Source of the DNA: Eledone cirrhosa
Lineage: Eukaryota
Reading direction: 5' to 3'
Assembly (NCBI GenBank): GCA_964016885.1
Contig: OZ024742.1
Span: 127,658,001 to 127,722,000, forward strand
DNA: 64,000 nt
Every line of letters begins with the position of its first letter. Positions within the stretch are counted from its first letter, which is position 1. Under the pieces are notes generated by a model. That model made no database searches, was not told the DNA's origin, and saw nothing but the letters and a program-made list of their open reading frames with translations. Below, piece by piece: positions 10,634 through 23,589 of this stretch. The translations under genes and the position numbers were made by a program.

Positions 10634-10900
10634 CTAATTATTTAAATTCTGCATAGCGTCTAAAATAACGTTTTTTCAGCCCTATACCTCAACCTCATTT
10701 ACATACTCATCTTAATAATTTGAAATATCTGACTTTTCTTCTCTTTTCCCTTCACTATCCAAGAAAAACTTGAACCGTTAAGATATCTTTTCTTGGTTAT
10801 GTCAAAATTTATAAAACAACTGATGAAAGCGTACCAAAGTTTTGGTACCCTTGAAATATATATAATAGAATAAATATGGTTTCCATTTATTAAATATCAT
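10634..10900 (+). mobile_element. Hammerhead-bearing dispersed repeat unit (resembles a Penelope-like pseudo-LTR, pLTR)
   Basis: Homologous to 25505-25810 and, at its 3' end, to 9660-9805. Confidence 0.7.
10820..10872 (+). ncRNA. Hammerhead core with the 5' strand of stem I deleted
   Basis: CTGATGA-aagcgtaccaaa/tttggtaccctt-GAAA-tatatat-A-atagaata; the upstream tattttat is missing relative to the 25709 copy. Confidence 0.65.
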
Positions 10901-10910
10901 TGTATATATA

Positions 10911-12424
10911 TCATCATCATCATCATCAACGTTTAACGTCCGTGTTCCACGCTTGCATGGGTTTGGACGGGGGTAGTCCCACTTGAGGCAAGAGTGATTG
11001 TCTTGCTCGCATAGGACTGTCTGGCAGGTTTTCTACAGTTGGATGCCCTTCCCAACACCAACCACATTTACAGTGTGGGTCTGGGAGGTTTTTACCGTGT
11101 CGCCTACACGGCCACATTACAGCGTGGACTGTGTGTTTTTTTTGTCGTGACACCTACACGATCTCATTTGTTTCGGCCTCGATGGCGCGGCACCAACATA
11201 ACTTTACATAGAACGGGGTGGTGTGGATGGGGTGGGGGTTGTGGTGGTGGGACGGGGTGTATTTTGTTAGAGATGCCTACTGGCTGGAGTAGGTTTTACT
11301 ATATATTTAGGTAAGGCGGGTCTTCTCTGTTACTGAGTACCGCCAAAGGTCTCGGTCCAGTGACATTGTCTTGGAGAGGTGTAAGTGTGTGATGTCGGAG
11401 TTTATCAGCTCGTCCCAGGTTTATCTAGGTCTGCCTATTCCGTGACTACCGTCTATCTTTATTGCCCTGCACTTTGTTATACAGCTATCGACTTTCATGC
11501 GCATCACGTGTCCATACCAACGTAGCCTTCTCTCGAGTAAACAACATCTGATCCCTCTTATCTCTAATTTTTTCCTTAGTTCGTTTATGCTTTGCCGTTC
11601 ACGTATATTACTGTTACACATCCAGCGGAGCATGCAAGCTTCGTTCCTCTCTAGTCTGCGTATATCCTCTGCACACAATGCCCAGGTCTCACTGCCATGC
11701 AGCATTGCTGTTCGTATGCAGGCATCGTACAACCTGCCTTTCATTTTTAGTGAGAACCCTTTAGCAGCTAATAGTGGTATAAGCTCTCTGAACTTTTTCC
11801 AACCAGTTCTGACTCTAGCTACAGTACTTTCAGAGCACCCTCCCCCACTGCTGATTTTATCGCCCAGGTAACGGAAGCTGTCCACTATTTCTATAGAACC
11901 CTCTGCGCAATTGAAAGAGCTAGTATTTTGTGGGCACTTGCTGCTACTTATTGCACCAGAGCACCGGCCACATGTAAAATCTATGTTCTTAGTTAGCTTA
12001 CCTGTGATCCCACTACATCTTTTATGCACCCATACTTTGCATTTAGGACATAAAATGGAGTTTCTACCTACGCCTTTCCTACACACCGAGCACGACCATT
12101 TCCCAGAAGGGACCGCCGCCTTGTTTTCTTTCCTACAAACTAGTACTTTGGTCTTAGCCAGGTTAATTTTAAGTCCTTTTGACTCTAGGCCGTGCTTCCA
12201 TGTTTGGAATTTCTTCTCTAGCTCGGCCATTGATTCCGCTATGAGTGTCAGGTCGTCTGCGTATAGGAGTTCCCATGGGCAGCCTGTCTTGAACTCCTCT
12301 GTTATAGCCTGAAGGGCAATAATAAATAGTAGTGGGCTGAGAACAGAGCCCTGATGGACGCCAACTTTTACGCTAAACTCTTCACTATATTCGTTGTTAA
12401 TTCTAACCTTGCTGACTGTTTCTT

Positions 12425-12430
<6 letters not shown>
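10911..12430 (-). mobile_element. RTE-clade LINE, 5'-truncated, young; RT with PHD insertion
   Basis: ORF 11421-12536 has GVHQGSVLSP, LYADD, a C4HC3 cluster, FRYLG and LHGSETW; (GAT)n tail. Confidence 0.95.
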
Positions 12431-12472
<42 letters not shown>

Positions 12473-13016
12473 TATAAATAATAAAAACACGTATATATGT
12501 ACACATAAGCCTGTCGGCATATGCACCCACATACAACCTTATGTGAGAACACTTAAAAACCTAGTGGGTAAGTAAGGACAAGGGGTAGTAAAACTGAAAT
12601 AAAATAATAAAAACAATTATTAAGAACAGGTAAGGGAGAAAAGGGGTGTAAAAGTTGTAGTTGAGAGTGAGTGTTTGTGATGAGATCTGGACATGGGTAT
12701 ATAGTTAAAAAGTGATCTGGGTAAAGGATGAAGGTGGTGGGTGTGTATGTGTTAAAGGTATGGTAGAAATTAGGAGGGGGGGATTATAAGTCAAATGAAA
12801 AAAAAAATAAAAATAAAGAAATATATAGAAGGAGATGAGGGAGAAAAAGTATATATTGGTAGAAAGTATTTGTTCATCAGGTAATGATATTGGTAGTGAG
12901 TGGAGTGTGAAGTAGTGTAACATTTGTTAATAATTTGACAAAGTCAACAACATTCAATTTATCAGCTGTTACTCCAGGAGTGAATGAACAGGCTTTTAAT
13001 AAATTAATAAATATTA

Positions 13017-13203
13017 GGCGGTGGATTGGCAGTATCGGTAGAAGGTCTGACGCCATGCTTTCCAGCATAGTTACGTCCCTTTACGATCTGAGTTCAAATC
13101 CCGCCGAGGTTGACTTTGCCTTTCATCCTTACGGGGTCGATAAAATAAAGTACCAGTAATGCACTGGGTAATTGCTGGCCTTGTGCCTAAAGTAGAAACA
13201 AAT
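13017..13203 (+). mobile_element. tRNA-derived SINE
   Basis: A and B boxes plus the conserved central domain ttgactttgcctttcatccttacggggtcgataaaataaagtaccag. Confidence 0.85.
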
Positions 13204-13503
13204 AAATTAATAAATATTAGTATAATAGTTCCAGTAAATAAATAAAAAATACTCCTTTGTGATAAGTGGTACTCTGTTTATTACTTATGGCCTTCGGTTA
13301 ACATTGTCTTAGTCCTGTTTCGAACACACACACATGGAAGAAAACCTAGAATCAAAAGGCCCGAAAGGAAACTTTTATGTACCACCTTGTCCAGAAGTGG
13401 CCATCCAAAATACTGAGTAAGTCATTACCACCATCATCATAACTATTCTTACATCTGCTTTTCCATGCTTGTATGGGTTGAAACCAGGTTCAGATTAGAT
13501 TAG

Positions 13504-14429
13504 TGTGGGACCTGAAAGTACAGTAGCTAGAGTCAGAACTGGATGGAAAAAGTTCAGAGAGCTTATACCACTATTAGCCACTAAAGGGTTCTCCCTAAAA
13601 ATGAAAGGCAGGTTGTATGATGCCTGCATACGAACAGCAATGCTGCATGGCAGTGAGACCTGGGCATTGTGTGCAGAGGATATACGCAGACTAGAGAGGA
13701 ACGAAGCTTGTATGCTCCGCTGGATGTGTAATAGTAACATACGTGAACGGCAAAGCATAAGCGAACTAAGGAAAAAATTAGAAATAAGAGGGATCAGATG
13801 TTGTTTACTCGAGAGAAGGCTACGTTGGTATGGTTACGTGATGCGCATGAAAGACGACAGCTGTATAACAAAGTGCAGGGCAATAAAGATAGACGGTAGC
13901 TACGGAGTAGGCAGACCCAGAAAAACCTGGGACGAGCTGATAAATTCCGACCTCACACACTTACACCTCTCCAAGACAATGTCACTGGACCAAGACCTTT
14001 GGCGGTACTCAGTAATAGAGAAGACCCACCTTACCTAAATACAAAGTAAAACCTACTACAGTCAGTAGGCATCTCTAACAAAATACACACCCGTCCCACC
14101 ACCCCCACTCCATCCACACCGCCCCTTTCAATGTAAAGTTATGTTGGTGCCACAACATCCCGGCCGAAACAAACGAGATCGTGAAGGTGTCACGACAAAA
14201 AAACACACAGTCCACGCTGTAATGTGGCCGTGTAGGCAACACGGTAAAAACCTCCCAGCCCCACACTGTAAATGTGGTTGGTGTTAGGAAGGGCATCCAG
14301 CTGTAGAAAACCCGCCAGACAGTCCTATGCGAGCAAGACAATCACTCTTGCCTCAAGTGGGAAAACCCCCGTCCAAACCCATGCAAGCGTGGAACACGGA
14401 CGTTAAACGTTGATGATGATGATGATGAT
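13504..14429 (+). mobile_element. RTE LINE 3' fragment, nearly identical to 10911-11840 in inverted orientation
   Basis: ORF 13505-14038 matches the C-terminus of the 11421-12536 ORF; same UTR and tail. Confidence 0.95.
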
Positions 14430-14639
14430 ATAAGTATTCGGTTGCCCAGAAACATCAAATAGATGGCCTCTCTAACTGTCCTCTTTTCAGACACACTGGT
14501 GCCGTGTGCTTCCTACATGAAAACATTAAGTTTGTTGCTCTGAGGTGACAGGTGGTGTAGCCGGCTTATAAAATCATTGTGGGAAAAATATGTTGAGGTT
14601 TCGCTACATACCTTAAACCAAGGAAGCACACCAAGAAGT

Positions 14640-15200
14640 CTGTAGGAATCTCTCAGCAGCCTATTCATCTTCACCGAAGAGTACCTCACTTACTAGACTT
14701 TATGCCATTAGTGAGATAGATAATGGCCTGATGATGATCCACAAGGCAGCACTTCTTACCAAGCCCAAGCCTAACCTTCCCATCAATGAAAACCTGGAAA
14801 ACCTTCCTAACATGCAAACCATTCTGGGAATCAATAAAGACCCTTCAAGACAATAAATTTGATCTGCAGGAAGAGAGGCGAAGATCATGAAATAGATCCA
14901 AAATTGCGAACCAAGACGTTGTCCAGGACCACACATCTAAACCAGCCAGCTTTGATCTTTCTAGAAAACAATAGGTGTCCCGTAATCAGATCCGCACAAC
15001 ACATGCCAGGGCAGCCTATCATCTCAATCGTTCTAAAATGAAAGACAGCCCAGTATGTGACTGTGGGGGCCCGACCAAACTGTACTGCATGTTGTTCGGG
15101 ATTGTGCTTTCAGCATTGTTTTCCTGTCAGTATAGAGGCAATACATATTACAAATGACACCTTAGTCTGGCTCATCAATCTCTATCTGCTTCTCTAACCA
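14640..15200 (+). mobile_element. Degraded LINE 3' end (I-group, Ingi/Vingi-like)
   Basis: NQIRTTHARAAYHL...SPVCDCG...H...C, a C-terminal CCHC-type region. Confidence 0.5.
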
Positions 15201-15399
15201 TTGTGCATATGTAACATGACAAGAATAAGGAACTATATATACACACACACATGTACATTAACATACTCATGTATTCACATAACACCAACTATTGGTTGGT
15301 CTCACCAACCTGCAATAGGTCAAGAATACCGAGTACAGCTACACCCCTGACATTACCAAAATCAAACAAAGTGGTGGAGGTTAACCAGGGAGAGGTTAT

Positions 15400-17460
15400 A
15401 TAGTCTATGATAGATTTAATCATATTACTACAGTGTTGTAGTTTAGGTAGGACTATGATAGATCTAATGTATTGTTACTAAAGTGTAGTTTTCGACTGAG
15501 AATGAAAGACTTGAACCAGTTATAAAGATCATCTCTTACACCCACTGCAGAGAGTTTTGCCATAAGTCGTTTGTGTGGCACAGAATTAAAAGCCTTAGCA
15601 AAGTCAAGATAAACAACATCCACCCATGAGCCACCAGCAGTGATTTAGGTAATGTCTTCCAGAAACTCGATGAGTTGATCACAGCAACTGGAGTTAGGGA
15701 TAAATCCAGCTGGATAAGGCTGTGAGAATTCCAGAAGTTTCAGAGTGTTTCTCTGTCACAGGATTCCATCAGTTTAACGATGCAGCTAGTGAGACTCACT
15801 GGAAGATAGTCGACAGGCGATGAGCGATCACCTTTTGTGAACAGGGGAATGACACTGGCAGTTTTCCACTGCTCTGGGGTAACATCATTGAGGCAGAATT
15901 GAAAGAGTGAAAGCTGGTGCAGAAGAAAGTACTCACCATGTTTGAGAAGCAGGTATGTAATGCCATCAAGACCAGGAGAGACATAGTTGCGCTTTTTCTT
16001 AAGGTGTAAATTCCATAGTTGCTATAGAATTTGATGTCAGAGGTGGTGGAGATGGTACATTTTGATTTCTAACAGTAAAAATGCCTGCATAACATTCTCC
16101 AATAAGTTCTGCACAATCTTTGGGATTGTCAGAAAGCTGGCTTGTGTAGGGATTGTAAAGAGGACCAACTTGAGAGTGAGGTCTCTGCTTTGAACATACA
16201 TATTTCCAGAACACTTTGCTGTCAGGGTTGGTTGCTATACACTGTTCAAATTCAAGCTCTGCTTTTTTGCCAACTGAGATAGTTGGATGATCTATTTTTT
16301 CTATTAACCACTTATCTATGTAGTCTGTATTCCCGTTCAGCATCACAACACTCTTTTCTGGCAAGTCGGGCTGTTGCAGTTTCCCAAATTGCACTTTTGG
16401 GATGTTTTATGTGCTTACATGGTACTGCTGCTGCACATGCTGTCCATATTAAATCAGGATGTTCTGAAGTATAGTATTCATATCTCCAGTGTTGTAAAAT
16501 TCAAGCCAGTTTGAGTGTTGTAGCTCAGTATAGTAAGAGTTCTAGTCTGCTTTATTCCAGTCAAAGCAAGCAGTTTGGAGATGGTTGTAGTTTTTGTTAC
16601 TGCCCATAAGAAACAGATTGGCAATGATCATAGCGTGATCAGAGAAACCTAAAGATTCCTCAGTAGTGACACTAATAACCATTTCAGGAGTAGTGGTAAA
16701 GAGCAGATCCAAAGTGTTGTCACCTCTTGTGGGGTAGGTGACTACTTGAGACCAGTTTGATTCCAGCACTAACTCAAGGAAATCATTTGCACTTTGTGAC
16801 CAACGAAAGGTTTCCAAATCAACCTCAGGGTAATTGAAGTCGCCTGCAATGAAAACATAAGTGGCTGTTTTCTTGGCAACACCTCTGGTAATTTGGTGGG
16901 TGGTAAACAACTCCAAGTAGAAGTGTTGACATGGTCATATGTATATTGCAGAAAAATACTTCCCGTGATTGGTTCAAATCATCGTAAGGAATTGTTGAAA
17001 AGTTTGAATGAACATAGACCATCAGGACCACCACTTTGATGATTAATGCAGTCTTTGTGAAATAAGTTGTAGTCAGCTATACTAAAAACACCATCACAGA
17101 GTAAAGAATGTGCCCACGTTTCCATGACTGTAATGAAATCGGGTCTGATTCTTTTGACAACAATCAAAAAGATGTGTCTTGTTGCATAAGCTATGAGCAT
17201 GTAAGGACATAATTTTATCTGGATTTCAGCTTATGATGATATATAGGGAAAGGCAGGTTGTTCTTGTTTGTATAACATTTTACTTTGTTTACTCTGTCTG
17301 CTATTTGTGATGTGAAGCCATGTATGAGGGTGGTGTAAGAAAGGTTACTGTTAGCAGTAAGTTCAGTCAAGAATTTAGTGCACATGTACATCAAGACTCT
17401 CTCCTCAGTCAACTTGTATTTATTACTGTTATTGAAACTATAACACAAGAGTTCTGAGAG
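15400..17460 (-). mobile_element. Degraded CR1-group LINE (APE endonuclease + RT)
   Basis: ITVMETW, GVVYHPP, IAGDFNYP, PTRGDNTLDLL, SDH, KVFWKYV, DVVYLDFAKAF. Confidence 0.85.
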
Positions 17461-18399
17461 CGACTATATTGTAAGATGACTAGTGTGTTCCCATAAAAGA
17501 ATCTGTTAGGGAATTGCAGAAAAATATCAAAATCTGGAAGCATCGTGTGGAGTCCAAAGACTTAAAGATAGAACTTAGCAAAGACCAGAGTGCTCATGTT
17601 GATGCCATCTGTCAAGTGTCCTTACTTGATATTCAGGAAATAAGTAGGTAAGTATATGATGTATATCCAAGGCAAAATATGAGTAAACAAAATGTGCAAT
17701 GGAATCTCGACAAATTTACAGGAAAGCTGAAACAAGCTGGTATTGTTGCCAGTCTGTATGTCAAGGGAGAAAACTTGTTATTGTCTCCCTTGATTTAACA
17801 AAAACTGATTTCTAGTGTCCACTGACATCCATTCAGCTTCTAGCTAACCGCTTGACCTGCTAAGAATAGCTGGGAAAACTCCCTTCATATTCCTTAAAAG
17901 GGAAATGACATTGGCTTATAATAATAATAATAATGGATTCTAATTTAGGCATAAGGTCGACAATTTTGAGGGTGCTCTAGGAATGATAAAAAACACACAG
18001 GCAGGTACATAATCAAAGCCCCAGGATTTACAAACATATACAGCATAACAGAAAATAGCCCTACTAGTCACTCCACACACATTACGAAGAGTGCTCTCAA
18101 TACAACAGAAATAACACCAAAAACAACACTGCACATACCCAAGGCACAGAGCTGTGCCCGGTAATGCAACACTAATAATAATAACAGTTTCTTTAATAAT
18201 AATGAATTTTTTTTTATTGGCCACTAGGGCTGAAAACATTCTGGACAATACAGCAGACAGGAGATTACATCTAAAAAGTGTGTAAAAAAGAAAACAGGTA
18301 TTAAAATAAAAAAATTCATAGAAGAATTCTCCAATAAGGTGGAGGAGCATCACCCAGAGGTCATTTAGGAATCCCACGGATCCAAATTGCCTTGATCAT

Positions 18400-18960
18400 T
18401 ATAAGAAAGTGACCCTCTCCACTCTGAACTCCCCAGCCTACATGTGCATGCTCACAGTAGGCCCATTCACTCATTACATTCATCAGCACTTCCTTCAAAT
18501 TTTTTTTCCAAATGGAATTTAAAAAGTCAAAGAGGGCTTGGTTCAAGAAGAAAGTGTCTGTCTTCAGTTCCTTCAGTCACAATCAATACACCTCATCCAT
18601 CCTAGCCCCCAGACAGAGGAAAACTGCCTGCCTTTACCAGCCGAAAAATGGTGGCAGAGTGATTTTCATGATGAAGTCAACTTATAGCCAGATTTGTCAA
18701 TAGCTGTTCGACAAAAGTCAGCAATGCCCAGACACTGGACAAGTGCACAAAACGGTTTCGTCATTCTGCACATATATCGGACAGGTCTGCTTATAAAAAA
18801 TAAATACACTTTCGGCCTCTCAGCAGTTGTGTTTCGTCACCTTCTATCACCCCAGTCAATAGTGGTTGCACTCTCAATGGCTTGTGTCCAGATTACCTCG
18901 ACATGGAAAATACCACGGGAGAGAACTCTTCTTTGGTTGTGTCCCTTGATTCATAAAAAT
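18400..18960 (+). pseudogene. Possible degraded piggyBac transposase fragment
   Basis: PMEFKKSKR...SVFSSF...YQPKNGGRVIFMMKST resembles the piggyBac pattern IPxEF...SY.PKK.K.V.LLST. Confidence 0.4.
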
Positions 18961-19019
18961 AAAAGAGAAAAAAAAGCAGTTTAGTCAGCTGAAAGGCTAT
19001 TTCCATTGGCCTACTTGAC

Positions 19020-19218
19020 CTAACTCTTTAGCATTTACATTACTCTATATTTTCACAGTAAAGGCTTTACCTCGCATAATTATCTCACATAATATTGAAT
19101 CTATGAGATTTTGATATCATTTATTTTGAGAACAATACTTAACATCAGTATGAGTGGCTGGTTACAACCAGTTTGAGCAGAAAGAGGTGAGAGAAATCAG
19201 GCCGGATATGGCCGGTTT
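19020..19218. mobile_element. piggyBac-type MITE copy, one end damaged
   Basis: Homologous to 42594-42801 and 45889-46109. Confidence 0.75.
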
Positions 19219-20279
19219 CATCAATGGAAATGGATAATGGGAGAATAAACAAAAAACAAAATATATATATATTAAAAGAGATGAGAAAAGGAAGAAAATA
19301 GTGATAGGCATTTGGCAGAATCTTGTTTCAAGTTCTGCCATTCATTCTTTCGTGGTTGATAAAATAAAGTACCAATCAAGTACTGGACTCAATTTAGCCA
19401 ACTTTCCTCCACCAAAGAAATTGTTGACCATATGTCTAAATCAGAAACCATTATTATATAATAGGAAAATTAATTGACATGTCATTTTTAACACCAAGTT
19501 AGTTCTACCAGTTCCCTATGAAACACCATGATCATCGTTTAACATGTTTCCCAGCTAGCACGGGTTGGACAGGTCTACATAAACCAAGTCAGCACTAAAG
19601 CGGTGCTACAGACCTCCTTGACTGGCCAAAGGCTCTGCATCTTGCTCACGTACAGTCCTACATTCTACCAAGTGCACAGGAGGAGTTGTCTCTTCATATT
19701 TATTGTGTAGATCACCAACACTAAGAAGATTGTCATGTCATTGACATAAATGGTCTTCCCACCCCTTTCTTAGGTAAGCTTTCTACGGCTGGATGCCCTT
19801 CATATCACCAACCACTTTACAGCATTTACAGTGTAGATCAACACAGAAGTTGTCATGTCCTTGATACAACTGAAGGGTCCTCCCAACCCTTTGTTTGTAA
19901 GCTTTCTACAGCTAGATGCCCTTCCTCTCACCAACCACTTTACAGCATGAACTGGGTGCATTTATTGTGAAGATCACCAACACTAGGGAAGTTGCTATAT
20001 CCTTGACACAACTGAAGGGTCCTCCACTTCAATATGGTTGTAAGCCCTGTCACAAGCTGGCTCACAGGCTTGTCTGCTCACCTCTTATCCCCTCCCACCT
20101 CTAGCTTCCACTTGAGAGAGGCTCTCACTGGTCTCTTCATGGGTGTGTGTAGTATTTACTGCAAGCTTACGATGACAATATTCAGTCTTTATAGGTATGT
20201 GTAGTATCTTCTACAAGCTTAGTGACAATATCTAGTAGATTACTTGGCCTGGCCCTTTCCATGACATTATTTGTGATGA

Positions 20280-22330
20280 AGTGACACCAAGAAATTTTTA
20301 GTTCAGTCCTAAGGTAACATCTGTGAAACACATTGGCAGTTCTATAGATTCAGCTTGTTCTTTTTCACATCTCACAAGCATAAGTCACTGTAAGCCAAAC
20401 AATCAAGGCATACAGTCAGTTTGGTGCCTTGGTTGATGAAGTAAGACCATACAATCATTAGTAATGATGCAGTCCAGATATGTGAACGAGTCAACAATCT
20501 CTGGTGTCTGGCTCTCCAGCTGAACTAGTTACTGCTGTACCTCCCCAATAATCATCCCTTTTGTCTTTCCAATGCTGACCTGAAGACCGACCCTTGAACT
20601 GCTATTATTGAGACAGGAAGTCGTCTTACATCACCATAGACATGGTACTAACAAGTCTAAGTTCATCAATGAAGTCAAGGTTTGTGAGGAGTCTTCCCTG
20701 TCTTCATTTCAGGTTGTATGCTGAATCTCCCATAGATTTCCTCATGATGAAATCCACCACCAGCAGAAACCATATTTGTTTCAGACATACCAACATGTCC
20801 TCTGGTAAAATGATCATATGATGTTGATATAGCAAGTAGACTGTGTTCCATAGAACACCCCCACCCTGTACACACTCTCAAAATTAAGGTTAACTACAAG
20901 AGGCTGATGAAACTTATAACTCAGCTCAATGATGTTATGTATCATGAAGATGTGCTCATTGTATCACTTTCTATTGCTTTTCTTACTTGTAAATGCTCAT
21001 CAACCACTTTTTTTCAGATGGGTAAAGAAAACACAGCCGAATACTTTGCCAGGGACAGACATCAGTTATTTCATTCCAGTTGCTGCAGTTCCTTAGATTT
21101 CTTTTCTTGAGTAATGCTACAATCACTCCATCATCCTAAGCTTCAACAACTTCCTCTTCATGCCATCTTAAGTTGCAAAGATGTCCCAATTCTTCAGCTA
21201 TGACATCTTCACGCCTATACCCTTTCACAGTTATCTCATCTAGTTCTGCTACCATATTGCTAATTTGGTGATGAATATCTTCAGTATTGAGATGCCATCT
21301 GTCACCTTATTGTTCCTTACTCATTACCAAAAATAATAGGCACACATGAACCACTTCTTGCTCCTGTCAGATCTTTCATGATTCTGTATAAACATCTAAC
21401 ATCATTTCTCATCACTGGTTCTTCAGTCTCATCTTGTCTCTCCTACAACTCCTCTTCACACACTTATTGAGATATCTGTACTCATTGTCTTGTTTCCACA
21501 TGTATACATTCTTTGCCTGATCTGTTTTTAATTCTTTCCTCTTGTTGATCAGTTTCCAACAAGGCTGTAGAGATCCATTGTTCCCAAATGTTACTCCTCT
21601 TACATCTATGTGGCTTGTTAGTATTTGATGTGATGACCTATGAGAAACAAGTCCACTGTCCCCGACGACCAGCCCCTCTCTCTGAAGGTTGAATATTCTT
21701 TTCATTGTCTTAAGGAATTGGTCAACATTTCCATCTGCTTGGAAGCCTCTGTTGCACTGAGCTACACAACATTTTTTGTCTGAATCTTCTCAACCACAAG
21801 ATGGTCTGAGCAGCATCAGTGTCATAGTAAGCATGGAAAACTAAGGATGATCAACTAGTATTAATGTTGATGAAGTTGATCATATTTTTATGTCACCGCA
21901 CAAGACCCATATAATTTTGAGGATAGAATTACCAACATAGCCTGCAGCAGCTATTCAGTGCTAGCAGCCTCTCACCATTGTTGTTAAGTAGTTGATTGAA
22001 CCATGGAGAATAATCTACATCTGGTATCTTTAGTTGAGCATTGAAGTAACACATCACTAGCTTGATGTCATTGTGGTCCACAGTTCAGGACATTCAAAAG
22101 GTGGTTATAGAATGCTTGTTTTTGCAACCAGTGTTTGGGGCATGTCTGTACAACTATTACCTTTGCATGTCTGGTGTTGAACCTTACTGTGATGATCTGG
22201 TCTTTACTGGCTCCTAGTCAATCAGTGTTCTTGTTGCATGGCCAATCATGGTGATAAGGTGATAACTCCTCAAGTATGGTGTTCTTTCTGGTCAGAGTAT
22301 AGGACTGTTTTGTTTCCACTCATGATACAT
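20280..22330 (-). mobile_element. Old, degraded RTE-like LINE (APE to RT remnants)
   Basis: SDHLV, N.NGERLL, IGKTK and VDSFTYL-type remnants with many lesions. Confidence 0.55.
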
Positions 22331-23589
22331 CTTTACGTGATTCATGTTTATCTATGTCAGAGTGATGTTCAACTGCAATTTTTTCCGTGTGCTAATATCC
22401 ACACCACAATGACAATGTATAAAACAAAATGCATGAAAAACACTTCTACTTTTAGCAATAAATCCAAATTCTTTTGTCTATTCATAGAGAAATGAGGTCC
22501 GTCTTATTGACATTTATTTAGGGGCTTAACGCAAGAAATATTGTCAATCACACTCTATTGTGGCCTTTGGCAGATTGGCCATCTCCAACTTCTCTGAAAC
22601 TCAGAAAGATGTGTTTGCCACATACACGTAGTGGGATTCTGTGGCTAATGTTGCCAACAGCAGCTGCACAAAATTATTAAAAAAATAAGTCCTTCAACTT
22701 ACTTTATTTTAGTTTATATAAGGCAATTTATATAAGTTTTTTTTTAGACAGACCCCCTCCCCTTCAAGACAAAGGACAAATTACTCGTTCTAATGCAGGA
22801 CGTCTGGTCAATCTAGTGATCACCTTGACATTGAAAATCTGTCTTGTCTAGAGTTGTTCAGTTCTTGCCGACCTCTCATAGGTGCATCGGTCATCGATCA
22901 AGACAGACTTGTAAGCTAAATAACAAGCAGAAAAACAAGGTGTCTCTACGTGGTCCACTCGACCTGTATATAATAGTTAAGGGCACGGCAGCAATGTTTT
23001 TCATAGTAGGTTGCTCGACCATGTCTGCCTAGTTCGGTGGAGGGGATTTAAATAACACAAACAACAACCTAAAACACCATTTCACTAAACCTATATTAAT
23101 ATCACTAACGCATTTTAAAAAGAGATGAAAACCACAACATTCCTTGCAATATATGTTCAAATTTTCATCTTTGTATAAGTGGAAGGATAAGACTCTTAGA
23201 AAAGAAAAGGACAATTTAAAAAAGTTTGAACAAAAAAACTTCTAAACAAGATCAATGAAAATCTCGCTATTGTCGGAGGAATCTCGTTGTAGGTTTTCCA
23301 AATCTCGTTGAAATTCTTTTATTTGTTTACTCATTATATTAGCTATTAAACTATTCGTCATGGCGTTGGGAAAGCACGGCCAAGTCTCTGATGGTGCTGA
23401 TGATAATCTAGTGAGTCGCAAATCATGTACCTTTACCATACATGATATTTTTATCAACTTTAATACCTCACTTTTTTATTCTTGTAACTGTATTTATTCA
23501 AATCGTGCATGTTTTACATACATACACCGATAATATATAGTCTTCTACACAAGATCATTCTTATCTGTTATATATGTAGGCACATATAT

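Noticed and set aside
13017-13110. tRNA gene
   Set aside because: A and B boxes are present but there is no cloverleaf; it is a multi-copy SINE head.
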